A stretch of 61,609 nucleotides of DNA. Source: Octopus bimaculoides. Taxonomy: Eukaryota. Both the position numbers and the translations under genes were made by a program. The DNA lies in contig NC_068985.1 in NCBI RefSeq assembly GCF_001194135.2, forward strand, positions 101,048,469-101,110,077. Direction: 5' to 3'. Positions 38,800 through 51,045 of the stretch are shown here, one piece after another (the first letter of the stretch is position 1; every line of letters starts with the position of its first letter). The notes beneath the pieces are model-generated. The model saw only the letters and a list, made by a program, of their open reading frames with translations. It made no database searches and was not told the DNA's origin.

Positions 38800-38955
38800 G
38801 ATCGTATTCAACATATTTTCCCTATCAGATTCGCACTCTTATTGCAGCGGTTATTCAGTTTTGCTAAGCCCTGTAAAAGAACTTGGAAGTGTAGGCTTGC
38901 AACCGGGTCAATCTTAACTACTCTTAACTGCCAGTAACTTTTCAGTACCCCTCGT
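38800..38955 (-). mobile_element. Mariner-type MITE, copy 4 (partial)
   Basis: TTATTGCAGCGG..CAGTTTTGCTAAGCCCTGTAAAAGAACT...AACTTTTCAGTACCCCTCGT matches the other copies. Confidence 0.7.
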
Positions 38956-39182
38956 TTAATCAAAGTATACAAAGAAGTTATTTGTAACTTTACTGAAAAT
39001 CATTAACATAGATATGTGTATGTTTGTAATTTTACTGCACAAGTGTTACGTGGTCTCCAAGTCCTCCTGAGTACTCCATGTGTCGCAAATTCTTGTTTCA
39101 GATATGTCTTCCATTTACAATTTACTTAATATCCACTTGAATGAGATTTCACTGAATATTGTCACTGATTTACTTTTACATT

Positions 39183-39400
39183 CCAGCTATGTATTTCATT
39201 TTCCAAGGAGACACTAAAAAAATGATAACTCCGTCAGTTGTCTAGTGTCTCTTTTAGAGTAGTTACAACCAGCAGGTTTGGTTTCCCTCCTTGAATGGTA
39301 TTTACCGATAATTCTACTGAGATGATCTTGAAAGAGATTAATTGCACTACACCGGATTTCTTGCAACCTAGAAGTGCTCAAAACTGCATGGTTGTATAAT
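39183..39400 (-). pseudogene. Candidate decayed FN3-like coding segment
   Basis: One frame: IIQPCSF*ALLGCKKSGVVQLISFKII...KETLDN*RSYHFFSVSLENEIHSW; stops at 39378-39380 and 39234-39236 fall at the expected W and L positions of an FN3 domain. Confidence 0.35.
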
Positions 39401-40022
39401 TCTGCGATTAAATATTAACTCTTAAAACAGTACCTTGTTAGCATTGCAAAGAAAATATATAATCGTTCTCGCGGAAAACGGAATTACGTATTTATTGGAT
39501 TTGCAACATATTCTGTGCATCCGTGGTGATTAACAGACATACAGAGTTTGTGCATAACATTTTTCTTTTGAATATCTGTTATTCGAGTGTAGATGCAGTT
39601 TGCTGAATAGGTAGAATAGAAAGGAAGCGGTATCATTGTCATGTAATTGGAGTAAAGTTTTATATTAGATAACCAGTGTTTACTTTTGGAATATACCATG
39701 CACCAGTGCTGCAAATACCTAGTGCAAATTTGAGTCACTGAGGGCGGAAAATAGCGAAACAAATGCAAATCTAAGTTTCAATAAAGTAACATTGAAATAT
39801 GTAGCAAGAACTGGATAAAGAAATTTCATATCAGGGCAGCATTTCTCGAGAATTTTACAGCTGCATGGTCTTTGGCTATCTGTTTGCGTACTACGCTGGC
39901 AAATGATATGTACTGGGGTCGATGTCGTCGAATACAGACGGTGCTCCAGCATGGCTGCAGTAAAATAACTGAAACAAATAAAAGAATAAAATAATATATA
40001 TATGTGTGGAGTGTGTGTAGGC

Positions 40023-40070
<48 letters not shown>

Positions 40071-42349
40071 NNNNNNNNNNNNNNNNNNNNNNNNNNNNNN
40101 NNNNNNNNNNNNNNNNNNNNNNNNNNNNNNNNNNNNNNNNNNNNNNNNNNNNNNNNNNNNNNNNNNNNNNNNNNNNNNNNNNNNNNNNNNNNNNNNNNNN
40201 NNNNNNNNNNNNNNNNNNNNNNNNNNNNNNNNNNNNNNNNNNNNNNNNNNNNNNNNNNNNNNNNNNNNNNNNNNNNNNNNNNNNNNNNNNNNNNNNNNNN
40301 NNNNNNNNNNNNNNNNNNNNNNNNNNNNNNNNNNNNNNNNNNNNNNNNNNNNNNNNNNNNNNNNNNNNNNNNNNNNNNNNNNNNNNNNNNNNNNNNNNNN
40401 NNNNNNNNNNNNNNNNNNNNNNNNNNNNNNNNNNNNNNNNNNNNNNNNNNNNNNNNNNNNNNNNNNNNNNNNNNNNNNNNNNNNNNNNNNATATATATAT
40501 ATATATATATACATATATATACATGCTTGTGTGTATATGTGTGTGTCTATACACACATAAGCTATTTAATTTCAAATATTCTTGCATTTTATAAGAAAAA
40601 GTGAGAATGTGTTCGGTTGGTTTAGTCTTTGCGCAATGTTTTCAAATTATAACATGTATCTCACACAAAACTGTGTCTGTATGCTATTTCACAGATATGC
40701 TAAAGTATTCAGCTCATCCATGTACTATATGTATTCCATATTGTTATAAATGCATATCTAGTCTCAACGCACGTATATTCAACATCATGCACTAATTGCA
40801 TTTAATGTCTTCCACCAAGAGAATGAAAAATGAATTTCCAGCAAAATCAATATTCGTATCAACTGCTGCACAGTAACAGACAGTTTATATGTAGCAAAAA
40901 TGTTTAAACTTTTGAAAAGGGAAAGTTTCGTTTCCAATATGGCTGACGTAAGTACTAAATTTCTAGAAACACATTTCACGAAATATTGTGTGATACGATT
41001 GAAAGAGTTTGATTTTACATAATGCGTTATTTATTACTAATAATAAAATCTAAAACTTTGAAAAGTACCAAACTATATTGTATAACTCATTGGAAAACTA
41101 TCACAGACTAAATTTCTTATGCGTACATAAAAATATCTATATTGCATTTCATACAGATAAGAGAAAAATGTAATTACTATACCACTGATATGATAACGCC
41201 ATTTAGACGTTTCGGTGAATAATTCTAAGTTGAAAATAGGAAGCTTACAAAGTGTTAAGTTTATATTACCAACAATTCAGTCTGGTCATCGTTGAGAATT
41301 TTTATTTTTATATTTTCAGTTGTTTGAATATTTGTAAAGTTAATTCCATTGCCAAACATTAAGTCTCTTGTCGTAAGTATTGATTATTCACTTAACATTG
41401 CTTAGGTATCGACTATTGCTCGGCGAGTTGCTTGTATTTCTGTAGGAGAATTATATGGAGACTGCATTAGATGCAGGTAAGTATATTCTGTTTATCTGTT
41501 TTGAAATTTCTCTCTGATAAAGGCAACACGAATCTAAATATATATATATATATATATATATATTCTTTATATTTCATATAATTTTGCTTGTCGGTACTAG
41601 ATTTTAATATTATAGGAAGAAAATTGCTTCGATTTTCTGAAAAGAATCGAAATGTAATAAAAAGTGAAAATCTAATTTTTAAGAAGTAAAAATATTTTAT
41701 GCGGCACTATAATAAATGCCATATATAGACTATATCATTGAATGCTCAATGACTATAAATCTAATGGACTTATGCAAGAATACAAATGACATGATCTATA
41801 AATACATTTATTTTTTAGCTTAACAAAATACGATATTTCTTTTTCTTTCGTAATATTTTCTCAGAAGTAAATCTATTCAGTTTTACATATTTATTGAAGT
41901 AAAATCAATAAAGGTTATAGAATACCTTGTCTGCTACTTAAAAGTCAACTATGAATTATATGCTTAGCATAAAAGTGATCATTGCGGCATTAATATCTTA
42001 ATGACTGTAGAGAAAGTATGTTTTACATCAGAATCTCACGTTGTTGACATGTGATTAGACACGTCAACAAACATATACTCATATTGCAGACATTTAGTAT
42101 ACTTCTATTACAAACGTATGCTGATATTACGAAATTTGGAAAATTACTGAAATCTTGCTTGCGGATATCTAGTAAAATATATACTAATTCCTAAATACAA
42201 ACACTACTCTTCTAAGCACAATATATATGGACATGCATATATAAACATACATATTTACATGTGGTTGATGAAATTGTACAATACTAGCCAGGATCGAGAA
42301 AAAGATACCGTTTTGTTATAGAACAGATATCCGAGAATGGAGGCATTGC

Positions 42350-42630
42350 GTTTATGGGCCGGATATAGAATTGTGGTTTTCAAGAATTGCGTACGAAATA
42401 GCGTGGACAGAATTATTGGAATGTTGTCACACGTGTTTCTGAATCTGACAACAGCTGTTCTTTGTTTGACAATCGCTACTCAAAAGTAGCTTATATGATA
42501 AGTAGATTTCGTGAAGCACCGACATGTTTTGTGAATCTGGCGAGAAAGCAACTATTTCAGATGTAGGGTTTGGCATGTCAAGTATTTCCATACTATACGA
42601 GGCATCATTAGCAGTAATGAAACCCATCAT
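42350..42630 (-). pseudogene. Candidate decayed FN3-like coding segment
   Basis: ORF 42427..42630 PNPTSEIVAFSPDSQNMSVLHEIYLSYKLL continues past its stop as NSVHAISYAILENHNSISGP. Confidence 0.3.
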
Positions 42631-43020
42631 TTATGACAAGTAAAACTTAACGTTTATGTTGGGAGACTATTTGGAACATAATTAGGGCGTATAATAGTAT
42701 TTCATTGTGATTAAAACGGCAAGATGGCAGAATCCTCATTACACAGGTCAAAATGTATAGTGGTGTATCTTTTAACTTTATGTTCTAAGTTAAAAAGCCG
42801 CCGACGTCGACTTTACATTTCAAGATTTCGAATTATGCGGTAAGATTTCAGGCCCTCAGCCTATAGAATTAGAAATTATTGCAAGATATGTAGATATAAC
42901 ATGTGATTAAAAAATGAATTTACTTAAAATAAAGAATGTTACCAATTTATTAACCTAGAGACATGGTTACATTGAAACCATTTACATATATGCAATACAC
43001 ATGTAATTATATACTTCCTA

Positions 43021-43065
<45 letters not shown>

Positions 43066-45302
43066 ATGAGTGTGTATGTGTATGTGTGTGTGTGTGTGTC
43101 TGTGTGCATGGGTGTATATATAGACTCATGCATATATTCATATACACCACTTCACTTTACATCTAGAATCAGACAGTTGAAATTTCTTGCTATATATTCG
43201 AGACTGCATTTCATTTATTAGAATATCATTTATTTATGTTCCTTTCTTTTACGTTATTTCTGTTTGGTACTCTTTAATTGCAACTTTTCCTGTGCTTTTA
43301 CGTTGCATTTTATTCAAACAATTCTCTCTTCAGTCTCTGTGAGCTAATACACAATTAATTGAAAACAGCTTACATTTTCTCTCTCCTCCTCGAGCAACCA
43401 GCAATCCGTATTGATAGAAATATTATGCACAATTAGCTTAGATAATACAGTATATCTAACCAAGAGTAAATATTATTCCTTCGTTATACCTCGAAACCAT
43501 CCACAATAAGTTATATCCTTTTGTAAGCCGATTGTCTTGAAGTGCCTCGATATAAAATCCAGCCATGACAATTGTATATAATAATTATTCTGCATACGAG
43601 GAATTATGTATGTATATATATCTGTGTGTTTGTGTCTGTATGTGGATATATATAAATATGTATATATATATATGTGCGTGTATANNNNNNNNNNNNNNNN
43701 NNNNNNNNNNNNNNNNNNNNNNNNNNNNNNNNNNNNNNNNNNNNNNNNNNNNNNNNNNNNNNNNNNNNNNNNNNNNNNNNNNNNNNNNNATATATATATA
43801 TATATGTTGATATGTAAATATATCCGTACACATTTATACGTACGTACGCATGTATGTATCTGTCTATATTTCTATCGATCGATATGTGTGTGTGTATGCA
43901 TGATTAGAAAAGTCAAGCCGTATTAACACCAAGAGACAATCTTTATATCCAACATAACGTGAGTGAAACGTTGTGTTAGATCACTGAATATTTCGCTGTT
44001 AACTTTGAAAATTCTCATCTGGACGTATGGTGCTTAAAAGCACTCATACATATATCGTAGGAGGACTGTTTTAATTGTCATATATAAACTTGTACATTTT
44101 AGCATTCATGGTTTGTAAATTTTGAATAAATGCCATAATCTGACTTGGAAGCAGTCGTTCACCTGTTTATAATTTCTATTCTCTAATACTTGTACATAGC
44201 AATTGATAAACCAAACTTAGTCCATCGTTATTAGGCGGTTGTAACCACACTTCTAGTTGCAGCTCATTGATAGAGTTTGGCAAGATTCCACTTTTAACAG
44301 TAATTCTACGGACGTACTTTTTTTTACGGCATCAGACGAAAATTGACTTGAATTATACATTGTATAAAAATGTATACGTAATTTTATGTATATATTTGTA
44401 TGCATAATTAGGATAAAATCATTAATTATGAGTGGCAAGCTTACTAAAAATACCATAATGGTTAAATTATATTAAAATTATAATAAGGGTGTTGAATGAT
44501 TACAACACCAGACTGAATCTAATAGTTCATAAACAATTTTGGGTCTATTTCTAACAGACTGATGTTGTTATCATTCAGTAGTTTTATTATAATTATATGT
44601 ATATGGTGTGAGTGTATTTGCGTATGTATTTTGGATTGTATGCATGCATATGTGTACGTATATATATATATATATATATATAGTTCATCTTGTTTCGTTC
44701 CCTTCATGTCAAACACTATAAGTTGACTATTCCTATATATTGCTCCTTAGTTCCTGAAAACACATTTGCGACACAACGATACAAGTATATTATGCAGAGT
44801 CTATAAATTATATTTCGCAGAGAGAAAATGAGTGCTCAAGAACGCCCGCTTTTGAGAATTTTGCAACTAAATATTGTAGCTAAATATTAGTGAAAATATT
44901 TTAGAATAAGCAAGGTATAAAGAAATTCGTATACATTGTATGATTCTTCATATATTATGCAGCGCACTATTTACAATTTGTCACAATTGTTTGCACTTCT
45001 TCCTCAGAAAATCGATTATTCTTACTGTTCGTTGCCTCCGGTCTTCATTTCTGGAATGCTGCGTATTCATTATGACCCTTTCTTTCCTAAATGACGGTAT
45101 TATCAAAGGAAAGTACGTGAATATCTAGTAAATAAGATCTGGTTATTTGAAGTTTGATGTGTCAATCTCTTACCATAAGGACTATATGTTATTACCATAT
45201 CACGTGTTGTACATCTCACTTTTTCGGGTGCCGCATGAATGACATCCATATTAATAGCATTTCTATTATAGGTACAAGCCCCGATATTTACGGGGAGAAG
45301 AT

Positions 45303-45470
45303 CAGTCAATTATATCGACCCAATTGCGTAACTGGTACTTATTAAATCTGCAGTGAAAGAATGAATGGCAGAGTCGACCTCCGTTGGATTTGAACTCGAA
45401 CCGAGCGACCGACGAAATACCGATAAACATTCTACCCGACATGCTAACAATTCTTCCAGTTGACCGCCTT
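45303..45470 (-). mobile_element. SINE
   Basis: Reverse of AAGGCGGTCAACTGGAAGAATTGTTAGCATGTCGGG...TTCGAGTTCAAATCCAACGGAGGTCGACTCTGCCATTCATTC...AAGTACCAGTT. Confidence 0.75.
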
Positions 45471-45783
45471 ATATATATCGTTATCAATAATGAAATGTTT
45501 TGTAAGTGCCAGTTTTAGTCAATCGCATATCACATACCCATTTGCGAAAGCAATAAATAAAACTTATTTCTTTTCTTCAAAGAGTCGCATGCATTGTACG
45601 TGTAATTGCAAGAACATGATTTGTCACAGACCATATCAACCCCCAAAATTTTCTTTTCTCTAAAATGCTTTTATTATACATTTATGATATATGTACCTCA
45701 ATACGGAACTGATGTTGCAACACATTGACTGCATATTTCATTTTAAGAAACATCCAAATAGAGATTGTCGACGACGACGACTG

Positions 45784-45843
<60 letters not shown>

Positions 45844-45856
45844 CATATATATTTTC

Positions 45857-45942
45857 ATGTCCTGATGAAAGGGACATTGTCATTGTTAAACTAAATGATT
45901 TATACTTTGTCGAGAAATGACTCCAGAAACGGCCGTCGAAAT
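45857..45942 (+). ncRNA. Type I hammerhead ribozyme motif (Penelope-associated, palindromic helix III)
   Basis: ATGTC-CTGATGA (45862-45868), helix II GGA..GTCATT/AATGACTCC, GAAA (45926-45929), palindrome ACGGCCGT, GUC triplet (45935-45937), then GAAAT pairing with ATGTC at 4 of 5 positions. Confidence 0.7.
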
Positions 45943-46159
45943 ATATATTATATGGTGCTATAAAGCCCTATGAATATTTTTCTAGAACTCTTAAAACAAA
46001 TTTTTCCTGATTATTTCTCTGACTTTTAAATCCATCATATTACAAATTTTAATTGTTATTTCGACATTTTTGATCTTAAATTTTTTATAATTTTTAATCG
46101 ATATATCCCGCTTTATTTATTTATCCTCTACCTCTACATCAACACGCTCCTCACAGGCA

Positions 46160-46405
46160 CCCTTCATCGTCCTTATCATTACCTGCATTTCTAGTAACGT
46201 CATTTCCTGCGTCTCCTGCTCTTACTGTCCTTCTCTGTACATCGGTCAAATGCGACGCGTCTTGGCTGACCGGTTCCCGGAGCATTAGACTGGGCAACGG
46301 CACCCTAGTCTCGTGCCATTCCCGCTCTACCGGTCATTCCTTACACCTATCTCTGCTCAGAGGCCATCTAGACTCCCCCCTTTGCCCTACATGGGCTCAA
46401 CTCTC
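46160..46405 (+). mobile_element. Penelope-like GIY-YIG endonuclease relic
   Basis: From 46181: TCISSNVISCVSCSYCPSLYIGQMRRVLADRFPEH*; next frame IRLGNGTLVSCHSRSTGHSL...HGLN (46390-46401); deletions and a stop. Confidence 0.85.
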
Positions 46406-47559
46406 CCCTCACTCCTACCCACCTTCTGCCTTCATTGATACCCCCTAAATCCACCCCAGCACATCCTACTCCCACATATCCAATCCCTACCCCCACATCC
46501 ACACGTCAACGTCACGAGCTCCTATATATATATATATATATATNNNNNNNNNNNNNNNNNNNNNNNNNNNNNNNNNNNNNNNNNNNNNNNNNNNNNNNNN
46601 NNNNNNNNNNNNNNNNNNNNNNNNNNNNNNNNNNNNNNNNNNNNNNNNNNNNNNNNNNNNNNNNNNNNNNNNNNNNNNNNNNNNNNNNNNNNNNNNNNNN
46701 NNNNNNNNNNNNNNNNNNNNNNNNNNNNNNNNNNNNNNNNNNNNNNNNNNNNNNNNNNNNNNNNNNNNNNNNNNNNNNNNNNNNNNNNNNNNNNNNNNNN
46801 NNNNNNNNNNNNNNNNNNNNNNNNNNNNNNNNNNNNNNNNNNNNNNNNNNNNNNNNNNNNNNNNNNNNNNNNNNNNNNNNNNNNNNNNNNNNNNNNNNNN
46901 NNNNNNNNNNNNNNNNNNNNNNNNNNNNNNNNNNNNNNNNNNNNNNNNNNNNNNNNNNNNNNNNNNNNNNNNNNNNNNNNNNNNNNNNNNNNNNNNNNNN
47001 NNNNNNNNNNNNNNNNNNNNNNNNNNNNNNNNNNNNNNNNNNNNNNNNNNNNNNNNNNNNNNNNNNNNNNNNNNNNNACGCAATTTGTAGGTTCAGCAAT
47101 ATAACTGCGTTTAACTCGAATGCTTTTCTCGCCAAATATTTTATGTTAATAAGGACCAAAATAGAACATAACTGTGCGTCATTTGGAATATTAACAACGT
47201 GACTCACACTAATACACACACATACACTTACATACACACACTTGTATCACACTTACATAATGAAATTAAGCTGAAATGGTAATAGTTATTACAAATCAAT
47301 GAAAACACTATAATAAAGCCAATCCTCATTTTATGAATACATTATGTACAAAATGAAGTTCTATAGAAACTTTGATGCTTTAAAAGAAAAACAAGGCGCA
47401 AATTCATCTGAATATTTGATTAATAACTGATTGCAGAAAACTCATTAACTTCATGAAATGTATTCATTTCATTATGATAATGTAGACAAATTATTGTCCA
47501 CAATATTTACTACCACTGCTCACTAAAATGTTAGCGATAAGTTATTCTCAAAACAATTT

Positions 47560-47985
47560 TATATTCCCTTCAGTTTAGTAATGTTGGCGGCAAATCACTT
47601 AGATTTCCTCGTTATGGTTTTGTATTTCGTCGATCTATTACAAACTATCTGTGCCTCAATATTATATAGCTGATTGCGCTAAAATAACATTAGTTATTCT
47701 TCTATGTGTGGTTTGAAACTGTATCCAGTTGCGAGGCCCCATTTCGGGAGCTTCCTGGATCTTGTGAAGTACGAATCCGTATATCAGCCAGTATTATGGA
47801 GTACACGATGAGGCAAATAAGTCTTCAATATCTACCTCCCAGTTAATCTTGAACTTTTGTCCTACTGGATTGATGGTAACCGAAGAGACAGATGGTAGTT
47901 TAGAGGGTACACAACTCCTCTTCACAGCTCAAATCCTCAGTCGTCCTTATGCTTAATTGATGATGTCCACCGACGGGCGATCTTA
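47560..47985 (-). pseudogene. Candidate decayed FN3-like coding segment
   Basis: SKLPSVSSVTINPVGQKFKINWEVDIEDLFASSCTP*YWLIYG...NWIQFQTTHRRITNVIL..Y*GTDSL, then (1-nt shift) NRSTKYKTITR. Confidence 0.4.
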
Positions 47986-48629
47986 AATACTAGAGATAAT
48001 GTATTAGATACTATATATAATGTATTAATTTCTGTGATCACGAAATTCGGTAATTGAAATTGGAAAATATTTAGACTCGCGATAAATAGTTGACTAAAAA
48101 ATGCCACTCGTAAATGACGAAAATATATCTACTGTTTAATGTGTATATCTAAATCTGCCGCCATCTTCCTTATTATCAATTACCTCATTTTTTCTTCTCT
48201 TTACTCACACTCACACACGGATCACATGCACACATATGCAAACAAACCCAAACAAATACAGAATCATATAAATGTAAAAATATGTAGCAATCAATTTTTA
48301 AACATTTAATTTGTTGTTTTTTTTAATATAGTTTCTTCTCTCGTGTAGTAATCTCTTTCCCATACATTCATTTAACCATTTATTCTCTAACAGTGACACT
48401 GACAACTAAATCAGCGTTTGTTACACTGGCACCGAGAGGTTGTTCTCCTTCTCATGGAAAAGGATAGGTTTCCAAATGTCTATTGTTACAAGAACGTACC
48501 TTGTGTGTTAGTTAATACAAAATTTCAATCGTATTTTAATGTTTCTGCGTTTATGTGTGTGGTGGTGAGTATAAATAACATGCTTGTAATGATATGCGTG
48601 TGTGTGTGAGTGTGTATGCGTGTTTGTAG

Positions 48630-48786
48630 GGGCAGGCGCGGCTGTGGGGTAAGCAGCTCACTTCCCAGCAACATAGTTCCGGTTCAGTCCCAGTCTATGG
48701 CATCTTTGGAAAGTGTTTTCTACTATAACCTCGCTCCGACCAAAGCCTTCTGAGGGGATATTATATATCTGAAACAACCTTGTCGT

Positions 48787-48790
<4 letters not shown>
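48630..48790 (+). mobile_element. tRNA-derived SINE
   Basis: GGCAGGCGCGGCTGTGGGGTAAG...TTCCGGTTCAGTCCC...TTTGGAAAGTGTTTTCTACTATAACCTCG..CCGACCAAAGCCTT. Confidence 0.7.
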
Positions 48791-48828
<38 letters not shown>

Positions 48829-50671
48829 ATGTGTGTGTGTGCCTGTGTATGTGTGTGTTTGTCTGCGTGTTCTCATGTACATGCATATGAGCACACACGC
48901 TTACAGATAAGATATATGTGTATATATGATATTCCGAATATAGATATGAAAATACACATATGCATCTGATAACCAAGAATAAACCAATGGCATACACGAA
49001 GCACAAATATATTTTCAAAAATCTCGACTAATTCATAACAAACAACTCGAACAAATCAAAGTATTCTTCAAAAGATTATTACGAAAATATTTTTTTTTTA
49101 AATACGCATATCGCAGTATAAGAATGAACGTGATAATATATTTAATTAAAAAGACAACTGTACTTAGTTATCCTCTTGAAAACTCTTTTTTACCAAAACA
49201 TACCGAAGAAATAGTAGATAATGGTATATAAACTTATAAACCTGAATCGTCTACGAAATGGCACATACCCATAAGAGGGACACATGCATATTAGTGATAA
49301 TTGTCAAAGAAATGTTTGTAATACGATGAAGTTGCATAAGTAGTTCTTAATTCAGAGATATATCACACGCAATATATATATATATATAAACAGTTAGTCA
49401 TTAATAGTCACTTGACGTCTTATATATTTCGAAAATTTGAAGACATTATCGATAATGTAGAATGTTGACACGCTTGGGACCTCATGAACCAAATTGATAA
49501 ATATTTCCTTCTGAAACGTTCTACATCTTTCTCAGAAAATTTGAAGCTTATGTTATGGTGCTCACACATACCTAGATGCATATTCTAGGGGGATAAAGTA
49601 AAATATATTACGTATTGGAAAGAATATCTGTATTTGAATGTTTATGTACCGAATTATTAAAGTTCATTGATGATGAAATATATCACTTTGATATTAAGGA
49701 CAATAAATTTTATATATATNNNNNNNNNNNNNNNNNNNNNNNNNNNNNNNNNNNNNNNNNNNNNNNNNNNNNNTATATATATATATATATATTATATCTG
49801 TGTTCTCCAACCATGGAAATAATCAAACTTATTTTTATATTTATTGATATTTTCTCTGAGTCATCTCTTTTGTCGCTAACGACCAGCGTTATGTCATCAC
49901 TTCATTCATTAATTTGATGCCTGCATTCATTAACACACACTTTAACTTAATTATCTGCATTCATTTCATTAGGATATTTGAGGTGTAATTCTTTGCCCGC
50001 CTCATCTCCTCCTCTCATTTTCACTTTCTGTTCTCTCTCTCGCTTGCTCTTACATTACATACATACGCACATACACACTCATATATATATATATATATAC
50101 TCATACACACGCATGCTTACACGTAGTTGCACGTGCGCATGCACAAATGCACGTATGTGTATACACGCCCACGCACAACCATATATATGTGTATCTATGT
50201 ATGTGTATGAGTGCATATAACGGCTTTATTTTGTTGCACTATAAATTATTTTACTTTGAGATATCTGGTATGAGGAAAATAAAATTTAGAAAGCGCATGA
50301 GCAATTCCATATATTTTGACAGGACCGGTGTAGGCACACCTTAATTCCGACCATTGTGTATGTCTCCAATTAACTCGATTATTTCATGTTATATGGGAAG
50401 CTTATTTGTGCAGTATATGGCGATCGTATATGCGAGCTTTTTAATTATAGAACATTGACTTTGCCCTAGGAAATGAATTTCCCACAGCCGCTGCTGGTAA
50501 TTAGCAGATGGATCGTAGTTATTTTATATTTCGAAATATGATGTAAGGAGTTTTAATTGATAATTAAACGTTATGCGGTATTTATTCACGCCAACAACGT
50601 GCCCAGTGCAGAGCGTAGTCGGAGTTGAATCTCTTATCGATGCAGGTGATTAATTCAATATGAAATGTGTT

Positions 50672-51045
50672 CTTGTTGTTGGCACTCCGTCGCTTACGAC
50701 GTCGAGAGTTCCAGTTGATCCGATCAACGGAACAGCCTGCTCGTGAAATTAACGTACAAGTGGCTGAGCACTCCACATACACGTGTACCCTTAACGTAGT
50801 TCTCGGGAATATTCAGCGTGACGGCTGGCCCTTTGAATTACATGCACAACAAAAATAGGAAGTAAGAGTGAGAGAAAGTTGTGGTAGAAGAGTACAGCAG
50901 GGTTCGCCACCATCCCCTGCCGGAGCCTCGTGGAGCTTTAGGTGTTTTCGCTCAATAAACACTCACAACGCCCGGTTTAGGAATCGAAACCGCAATCCTA
51001 TGACTGCGAGTCCGCTTCTCTAACTACTGGGCCATTGCGCCTCCT
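50672..51045 (-). mobile_element. Well-preserved ~375-bp tRNA-derived SINE
   Basis: Minus strand head GGAGGCGCAATGGCCCAGTAGTTAG (A-box) ... GGTTTCGATTCC (B-box), unique body, tail ending GGAGTGCCAACAACAAG; 3' part homologous to 53755-53830. Confidence 0.85.

Noticed and set aside
50970-51045. tRNA-like sequence with A and B boxes
   Set aside because: It is the head of a SINE: no closing acceptor stem, and it continues into a repeat body seen elsewhere in the window.
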